From a virus (taxonomy: Duplodnaviria; Caudoviricetes), in IMG/VR virus record IMGVR_UViG_3300047445_000242, positions 1,472 to 65,471 of that record: a DNA stretch of 64,000 bases. One strand, given 5' to 3'. The notes under the pieces are model-generated. The model had not been told where the DNA came from, did no database searches, and was given only the letters and a program-made list of their open reading frames with translations. Of this stretch, positions 57,701 through 64,000 are shown piece by piece. The translations under genes and the position numbers were made by a program. Each line of letters starts with the position of its first letter. The first letter of the stretch is position 1.

Positions 57701-58162
57701 TCAATCCACCTCGGGCCAGTCGGGCAGGTTGCGCGGCCAGAGGTTCATGGCGCGCATCTTGTCGCGGGTCTCGCGCCCATAGCGGGCTTCGAGCTCGCGG
57801 CGCTCGGCGCGCGGAATCTTCCCGGAGCTCCCGAGGAGGTCGTGGCACTCGCGGCAGGCAGGGAAGCCGCGGCGAACGTCCGTCTTCAGGCCGGCGCCCT
57901 TGTTCATGTCGGCGTGCGCGAAGTCGCAAGGCGGGAACTTCCCGCACCGTGCGCAGGAGAACATTTTCACGAGGCCCATGTAGGTCCCGTTCTGGCTGGC
58001 GTTCTCCTTGTCGATCGCCGGCGCGTGGCCCTCGACCGGCTCGGCCTGCCGGAACTCCGGGCGCACGCTCGGCGTGGGCCTCACGCGGTCAGGATCGCGG
58101 TCGTAGGTGGGCGCCTGGCGGCCGAAGCCCTTGCCGGGGCTCATGGGCTTGCGTCGGATCAT
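57701..58162 (-). CDS. DUF968/HNH-like Zn-binding putative nuclease
   Basis: CARCG...AHAD..KGAGLKTD....PACRECHD. Confidence 0.7.
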   Translation of the reverse strand: MIRRKPMSPGKGFGRQAPTYDRDPDRVRPTPSVRPEFRQAEPVEGHAPAIDKENASQNGTYMGLVKMFSCARCGKFPPCDFAHADMNKGAGLKTDVRRGFPACRECHDLLGSSGKIPRAERRELEARYGRETRDKMRAMNLWPRNLPDWPEVD

Positions 58163-58548
58163 TTCGTTCTCCTTGGGCGCGATCCGCGCGGCGGCGGTCG
58201 CTGCGGTGGCGGCGGCAGCAGCACCGGCACGCCAGGCACGGGCCGCACCTGGTCGGGCTCCGGCCGCCGGCACCAGTCAAGGCAACCGCGGCGATAGAAG
58301 CCCCAGGCTTCAGGGGTCGGGTAGTTGTGCCCCTCGGGCGCGCGGAAGTCCATCGCGTGCTCGCGCGTGCAGTTGTTGCGCGTGTCAGCCTCGCTGGTGC
58401 TGTGCCGGAAATGCACGCAGTCATCGCACCAGCGCTTGATCGGTCGCAGGTTCACCCGGCCATCGGCGCGGCGCTCCAGTTCGCGCACCAGGGCGCCCGT
58501 GCTGAACTGTTCCAGCTGGTTCGCTGGCCAGGGCTTCTTCACGTCCAT
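58159..58548 (-). CDS. Hypothetical Cys-rich protein
   Basis: WCDDCVHF...C...H...C, coupled to neighbours. Confidence 0.55.
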   Translation of the reverse strand: MDVKKPWPANQLEQFSTGALVRELERRADGRVNLRPIKRWCDDCVHFRHSTSEADTRNNCTREHAMDFRAPEGHNYPTPEAWGFYRRGCLDWCRRPEPDQVRPVPGVPVLLPPPPQRPPPRGSRPRRTK

Positions 58549-59354
58549 CAGGTCACCAGCTGGTGGATGATTTCTTGGCGGGCGCGATCGCTCGCGTGAG
58601 GCCAGAGCTTCTTCTTCGCGTATTGCGATCGCAGGAATTCGCGCGATCGCTCGGCGTACTCCCTGAACTCGACCTCGCCGCAGTTCTCGTAGGCGGTAGA
58701 CCGCGGCTTGGCCACGAGCTCGCCGCCCTCGTTCTCCCAGGTGACGTGACCGGCACCCGTTTTGAGCCAGTCGCGGAAGGTCTCGAACAGGGCGAACTCC
58801 TCCTGCGCCTTGTAGATTTCCGACTCCATGCGCATCTGCGCTCGATGCATCGGGCCCTGCCGCTCGACCTCGACGTAAATGGTCGCGACCTCGCCCATTT
58901 CGAGATTGGTGAGCACGCGGAAGAAGCGGCGCCAGTTGCGGCGATCGGGCTCGGCCAGGCCATCGGTGATGCCGAAGATGACGCGGAAGGCGGCGACGCG
59001 ATCCTGCTCGGTGATGGCGCGTGGCTCCTTGCGCTCCAGGTCGATGCGCCTGGCGCGCTCGGGCGGGCGCTGCACGGCGAAGCCAGGCGAGTGCGGCTCG
59101 TGCGAGAGGCACACCCAGCCCTCGACCAGGCCGTAACCGCCCAGTACGTGCGTGACGGCGCGGCGGAGCTCGCGGCCCGTGTAGACGAGCTCGGCGCCCT
59201 CCTTCATGGCCTGGCCGCTGCTCTCGGTCTCGCGAAGCACCAGGATGTCGCCGGCCTTGTAGTCGCGATCGTTGAAGCGAATCTCGAAGGTCTTTTGGCC
59301 GCTCCAGGTCGCCTCGAACGTGAGGGGGTCTGTCTTCAGTTCATGCTCTTGCAT
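58548..59354 (-). CDS. ASCH/DUF3850 domain fused to a DUF1367-like domain
   Basis: HELKT..F....GQKTFEIRFNDRDYKAGDILVLRE, then FETFRDWLK.GAGH...PRSTAY....EF. Confidence 0.7.
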   Translation of the reverse strand: MQEHELKTDPLTFEATWSGQKTFEIRFNDRDYKAGDILVLRETESSGQAMKEGAELVYTGRELRRAVTHVLGGYGLVEGWVCLSHEPHSPGFAVQRPPERARRIDLERKEPRAITEQDRVAAFRVIFGITDGLAEPDRRNWRRFFRVLTNLEMGEVATIYVEVERQGPMHRAQMRMESEIYKAQEEFALFETFRDWLKTGAGHVTWENEGGELVAKPRSTAYENCGEVEFREYAERSREFLRSQYAKKKLWPHASDRARQEIIHQLVT

Positions 59355-61775
59355 CGGGCTCCCCTTCGCTCTTGGCTTGGTCGATCGCGTCGCGCAGACT
59401 CTTGGCATCGTTGTGCCATCCGGCCTTGTTGCGCCAGGACCAGCTACTCGGCGCGCCGCGGTAACCGGTCGCGTGGCCGACGCGATCGTGGTTCTTGTTG
59501 AGCCAGTCCAGGCGGTCGGTGTCCTGCCCCAGGTAGTTCGCATCCTTGAGGCCGCGGGCGTAGCCCTTCTCCTCCTCGCGTTTGAGCGCCATCTGGTGCT
59601 CGCCCTGCATGGCGTACATGCGTCGATCGGTGTCCGAGTCGTCCTGGTTGGCGCGGCTGACGCGCTCCTCCATTTCGCGGTACTGCTTCGCATCGATCTG
59701 GCACGCCGGCTGCTGGTACTCGCTCCATCCGAAGTGCTCGGCCGCGGCGGCTTCGTCGGTGAAGGTCTCACTGCAGTGGAAGCAGCGCCAGCACGGCGAG
59801 ACGCCCTCCAGGGCGCTCTTTGCGGCCACATGCCACCTCGACCCCTTGCCCGCCTCGTCGCCGTCCTCCTGCATCTTCACCATGTCCTCCAGGCTCGCGC
59901 GGATCGCGGCATCAGGGAGCGGCGTCACCTCCTTGGACTCGCTGAGCTCCGCCTCGATCTTGTCGGCGAGGTCTTTGGCCAAGTCGATCGAGTCATTGCC
60001 GTACTGGTAACTGCGCAGTGCCGACAAAGCGGCCTGCATCAGGTTCGGCTTGTTCATGCTGCACCGCCCTTCGTGGTGGTGGCGAGGGCCATGATGGCGT
60101 CGGCAATTTCGGCGGGCGTGTCGGACTCTCCAACGTCCGCAAAGTCGTCTTGACTCATGGTGCCAACGCCCCACGCCGTCCACACCCGCGTGCAGTGGTA
60201 GGTGCCGCTCAGATGTTTCGCGATCAGGTCCACCAAGGCGTCGCGATCAAGCGCCGCCGCCTGCCCGCTCGCTGCTGGTGCTTCCTCGCGCGATGCGAGG
60301 GCGGTTTGGGTAGGGGTGTTCATTGCGGGGCGTCCTTGAGTTTGGAAATTTCTCCCTCAGCAGCGGCAACCAAGAGGCAGAACCACATGCGCTGCTTCCT
60401 GCTTTGCCAAGGCAACTTATCTGCCGGCTGTTCGTGAACGCCCAGCAATATCCACGATGGGTCGTCCTGCATTGCTGCTTCCGTGAACGTTGCAAATTCG
60501 CGGTCGTGGAAGCCTTGAGCTAGTTGAAGGGCGTTTCGCATCACGGCTTGTCCTCCTGCTCGCGCGCAGCGATAGCGGCTCCGGGTGCGGCGAGGGCTTC
60601 GATGCGCTCGATGTACTCATTGGCCTCGGAGAACACGCCTTGCGGCACATGGCCGTTGAAGTTTGCTTCGACAAGCCCTTCGAGCCAGTCTTTCAGGTCG
60701 GAAAGCAGACTGGGCGTCGTGTCGGGGTAGCCGAACTCGCCCAGCAGGGCGCCGAGCTTCTGATCAATGCAGGTCAGACACACGTAGCCGCCCATTGCGT
60801 CGATGCGCAGTGGCGTGTGCTTGTGCTCGCCGCATCCCGCACAGTTCGTCGCTTGCGTGCTGGCGTAGGTGTTCGCCACCGCCCCGTCTCGCCCTTGACC
60901 GGCAGCGCCATCCTTGGCGGCGAGGAATCGCACGCGGTCGCGGTATTGCATGACCGTGCGCGCATCTTTCTGGCTGGCGGGGCCCTTGACCAGCCCGTCT
61001 TCGATCATGCGCTGCAAGGCTTCCCAAACTCCGTCCGGTACTGCCTCCCCCTCGCTGCTCGCATGAGGGGCGGAGAGGGCGCTGGCCTGCGCCGCTTCCT
61101 GGGTGGTCTCGGCGTGGTCAGCCGGGCGCATGGCGCGCGCCGGCACTGCCCGGTTCTCCGCGTCGATGCAGTCAGCGCACCGGCATGGCTGTGCGTGGTT
61201 GTTCATGCCGCCTCCTCGGTCTGCGGATTCTCGGGGTTCGAGCCGGTCGCGAAGCGCGGGTCGTGGCCGGCGAACGGGAAGGGCGCGGCCACCAGGTCGA
61301 GGGCGGCATCCCACTCCTCGGGCGTCGCCTCGCGCGTGTCGCCGACCTCGGACGGGAGGGCCGCGGCTATCGCTGCCACGAACTTTTCGCCGCCGGACAT
61401 CAGCCCGGTGCGCCAGGTCACGTAGCGCCTTGCGTCCTTGGCCATGCCGTTGACCAGCGCGCCATTGAGCATGTCCCACGCATCGCGGCGATCGAGCTCG
61501 GTCTGGCGGTACTCCTCGATGGTTTGGGGTTTGGCGGCAGCGATTCGGTCGTGCTCTCGCATGGCGGCCTCGACCGGCAAGCGAGCCGAGAGGCCCGTGC
61601 CGAAAGTGAAGATGCCGACCTTCGCCGGCGAGCCGAGCTTCGGCCAGGCATCGCGGGGCTCGGCTTCGAGCGTGGCCGCGGCCAGTTCGATCGCAGCTAC
61701 TTCAGTACCGGTGAGGAGATTGGGGGAAGCGTTGCGCAGGAGGCGCAGCGCGGTCGCGGCTTGTCGGCGTTCCAT
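59341..61775 (-). other. Five coupled hypothetical genes (59341-60057, 60054-60323, 60320-60544, 60541-61206, 61203-61775)
   Basis: Overlapping start/stop codons. WRCFHC and CAGC...CLTC motifs. Confidence 0.6.
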
Positions 61776-61798
61776 GTAGTTTCCTTTGGCGTGGCGAC

Positions 61799-61831
61799 GT
61801 GCCACGAATGGCATTGTGCCACGCCTGGCAC
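61799..61831. promoter_or_regulatory. Two adjacent operator-like palindromes
   Basis: GTGCCACGAATGGCAT (61799-61814) and GTGCCACGCCTGGCAC (61816-61831). Confidence 0.65.
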
Positions 61832-61842
61832 GGCCAGGGAAA

Positions 61843-62238
61843 CTACTTTGTCACGCCGGGCTCGAACTTGCGGCCGGCAATGATCGCGGCCGCATCCTCG
61901 ATCGTCCTGGCCACGCCGGCGACGCCGCCGTGGCGCTGCACGTTCACGAGGAAGGCGATCTGGTCGGCGGACAGATGGCCGATGCGGGCCTTTGTCTCGA
62001 TCACGATCATGCGGCCGTCACGCATCTGGCCCAGGAGGTCGGACAGCCCGGCGAATCCAAACTCAATCCATTGAGACTGTGTGCCGTCCTTGCGGATGAA
62101 CTTGCCCGCGCCCACGTTGAATCGATGAATCCAGGCGACCTTGGGGTGGTAGTTGCAGAACTGCTCGATCGAGTTGCGCCTGGCGGTCTCACCAGGCTCT
62201 ACGTGCGTCAGGCGGAAGGGGCGGGGCTTCGCGCTCAT
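61843..62238 (-). CDS. VRR-NUC domain nuclease (putative Holliday junction resolvase)
   Basis: RFNVGA...FG..GLSDL.G...GR...IETK...G..S..Q..F......GG.AGVARTIED. Confidence 0.85.
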   Translation of the reverse strand: MSAKPRPFRLTHVEPGETARRNSIEQFCNYHPKVAWIHRFNVGAGKFIRKDGTQSQWIEFGFAGLSDLLGQMRDGRMIVIETKARIGHLSADQIAFLVNVQRHGGVAGVARTIEDAAAIIAGRKFEPGVTK

Positions 62239-62723
62239 CGCACGAACTCGATCGCAGTGACGCCGCTGGTTCGCTTGCGCTGCTTGGCTTCGTACACATC
62301 GCGGGCGAAGGCGTTGAAGGCCTCGACGTAGTTCCTGGCCGACATCATCCGCATCATGGTCTCGTAGTCGTCGAGAAGGTTGAGCACCGGCTGGCGGTTC
62401 TTCTCGACCAGGTGGATGCACCCGTGCTCGCGGTAGTGGTCGGACACCTCACGCATGCAGCGCTCGGCCTCCGCGATCATCGGCTCGGCGTCATCGTTGA
62501 GCCAGTCCTTCTCGCGGCACTTGTCCACGAAGTTGATGCAGTTGGCCACGTCCTCCCAGTCAGCGATCGAGCCGCCGGCGTCGCTCACGAGGTTCGCGAA
62601 GTACGAGCGGATTTTCTGCACGTACTCGCGGATCGGCCTCTCCGGCATCGGCTCGGTGGTCGAGGCGAACATCACCGTCATCGGTGGGTACGGCGGCCTG
62701 AACTGGTGCGGTTTCTTCTTCAC
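62235..62723 (-). CDS. Hypothetical protein
   Basis: 162 aa, coupled to both neighbours. Confidence 0.7.
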   Translation of the reverse strand: MKKKPHQFRPPYPPMTVMFASTTEPMPERPIREYVQKIRSYFANLVSDAGGSIADWEDVANCINFVDKCREKDWLNDDAEPMIAEAERCMREVSDHYREHGCIHLVEKNRQPVLNLLDDYETMMRMMSARNYVEAFNAFARDVYEAKQRKRTSGVTAIEFVR

Positions 62724-63406
62724 GGTAGCGGGTCCTCAAGCGGGGTGTTGTCGGTGGTCTGGAGCTTTCGCTGCGCGATGCCCTCCAGGATTTCGCGGCG
62801 AATCTGCGCCAGGCGCTCGACTTGATCGGGCGGGCACGGCGCGGGCTTGTGGACCTTCGCCGGCAGCGCGCGCTTCGGCGCCGTCACGTCAGCGCCCCAA
62901 CCGTGATCCAGTTCGAGCTCAAGCGCCGCGGTCCAGCGCGTGCGGAAGCGCGTGAAGGGCTCGCCGCTGTTGAGCTCCTTGGTCATCCGCATCGCGGCCC
63001 TGAAGACGGCCGGGTGGGACCAGTCGCCCACCTCGCCGGCCTGGCGCTGCTCAAGGCAGGCCTGGGCCTCGTACCAGGCGAACTCAGGGTTCAGGCACGG
63101 CCGGCAGAGGAGCTTGAACGCCGGCAAGGTCATCTGCCACTCGAACGTCGAGGCGCGGTTCAGGCCGCGCTCAATCTCCTCGCCGCGGAAACCGTAGAGC
63201 GACACGGCCCACTCGGATTCCAGGTCGTCGAGGTTCGAGCCCTTGAACAGAGTGGCCAGCTTCCCGCCCTGCTGCGCGCCCAGGCGTCGGAAGATGCGCT
63301 GAACCCAGGCACGGGGCAGCGACGGCCTATTCGGCGCGTGGAGGTTTTGGCTCAACGTCCGAGACATCAGCGGGGTGTGGTCGTTGGGCTCTTGATCGTG
63401 TTCCAT
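62720..63406 (-). CDS. Replication protein P-like (helicase loader position)
   Basis: WVQRIF..L....G...W...L.G....EI.RGL...LPAF..LCRP...WSHPAVF. Overlaps the initiator gene. Start could be 63367. Confidence 0.6.
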   Translation of the reverse strand: MEHDQEPNDHTPLMSRTLSQNLHAPNRPSLPRAWVQRIFRRLGAQQGGKLATLFKGSNLDDLESEWAVSLYGFRGEEIERGLNRASTFEWQMTLPAFKLLCRPCLNPEFAWYEAQACLEQRQAGEVGDWSHPAVFRAAMRMTKELNSGEPFTRFRTRWTAALELELDHGWGADVTAPKRALPAKVHKPAPCPPDQVERLAQIRREILEGIAQRKLQTTDNTPLEDPLP

Positions 63407-64000
63407 CGTTCTCTCCTGTCATGCGCGCGAAAAATTCCTCGCTGTGATTGCCGGCCGACCGGCTCTGCTTCAGCGCTTTGAAGCGCGCCTCGTCGTAATG
63501 GTTCGGCGCCGGCGGCGATCGCCAGGCCTTCGCGATCGTGTCCTTCAGTCGCTGCACCGGGTCGATCCCCTCGACCCGACATTTCAACAGGTTGTCCACA
63601 GCTTCTTCCGCGGCGCGCCAGGTGAACGGCCACGCTGTCGCCTTCGCGCGACGCAATTCAATGAATCCCGCCCAGAGGTCCGGCGGAATGAAGTCCGGGG
63701 AGGGGAAGTCGTACCCCCAACGGATGCCTCCGCCGGCGGCGGCCGCTGCGGTCGCGCTGTCGCCCTTCTTCGCCCTTTTGGCGGGGGCTGGTGCCGGGGC
63801 ATCCCCGAAAAGGCCTCCAGCGCCCGATTTCTGGCCTTCCTGGGGCTTTCCGACCACTGGCGGAGGCGAAGCCGTAGCCTCGACCGGCGGCGGAGGCGCC
63901 GGGGGCGGGGGAGGCGGCGGCGCCGGAATAGGAGCGGGGGTAGGGGGTGTGGTTGTATTTGGGTTATGGGTTCTGGGTTCTGGGTGCTTCAAGGGGGGTT
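63327..64000 (-). CDS. Replication initiator (O-like), C-terminal part; 5' end outside window
   Basis: PEPRTHNP..TPPTP linker, C-terminal P.FIP.DLW.GF.E.RR.K...T..A domain. Iteron-like unit at the window edge. Confidence 0.7.
   Translation of the reverse strand, partial: PPLKHPEPRTHNPNTTTPPTPAPIPAPPPPPPPAPPPPVEATASPPPVVGKPQEGQKSGAGGLFGDAPAPAPAKRAKKGDSATAAAAAGGGIRWGYDFPSPDFIPPDLWAGFIELRRAKATAWPFTWRAAEEAVDNLLKCRVEGIDPVQRLKDTIAKAWRSPPAPNHYDEARFKALKQSRSAGNHSEEFFARMTGENDGTRSRAQRPHPADVSDVEPKPPRAE

Larger units (their letters stand above)
1..64000. mobile_element. Tailed bacteriophage genome (podovirus-like, N4-gp56 capsid family), near complete
   Basis: Terminase, portal, capsid, tail, lysis, recombination and replication genes fill the window. 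No host housekeeping genes seen. Confidence 0.95.

Noticed and set aside
2074-60250. Frequent GCGATCGC/CGATCG (HIP1-like) sites
   Set aside because: Largely explained by Ala-Ile-Ala and Arg-Asp-Arg codons in GC-rich genes. Enrichment cannot be claimed without a codon-aware count.
3474-63945. KOPS-like GGGNAGGG octamers (about 15404, 27955, 29698, 57492, 60308 on plus; 3474, 6794, 7518 on minus)
   Set aside because: They sit antisense to genes and match Pro-containing codon runs, so the skew follows coding direction. Not evidence of functional KOPS.

Overview
The whole window is one high-GC tailed-phage genome, probably nearly complete. It has an N4-gp56-type major capsid protein and a podovirus-like layout with no tape measure or sheath. 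The host is probably a betaproteobacterium (inference). Layout: (1) 1-866, minus strand: MmcB-like nuclease fragment and a Cro-like HTH gene. (2) 973-8430, plus strand: coiled-coil protein, RecE-like exonuclease plus partner, two exported proteins, tRNA-His and a structured non-coding tail. (3) 8431-10245: lysis cassette (holin-like genes, SAR-type lysozyme, nested spanins). (4) 10516-48197, minus strand: morphogenesis operon with terminases, portal, scaffold, tandem CsrA-like protein, capsid, adaptors, modular tail fibres, GNAT, Gly-Gly-leader ejection protein, methyltransferase/PAPS-reductase-like fusion and a 3645-aa polyvalent protein. (5) 48501-64000, minus strand: many small genes, VRR-NUC nuclease and O/P-like replication genes. 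No integrase, CI-type repressor, CRISPR array or reverse transcriptase was recognised. The most notable items are the candidate ejection-protein maturation module (GNAT + GG-leader protein + MTase/PP-loop Fe-S fusion), an FtsK-gamma domain inside the giant polyvalent protein, and 4x11-bp iteron-like arrays placed ahead of the lysis and packaging regions. Also notable are a dispersed GTGCCACGnnTGGCAC operator-like palindrome, a single-chain tandem CsrA-like gene and a tRNA-His lacking G-1. All family assignments come from motif recognition by eye; no searches were run.
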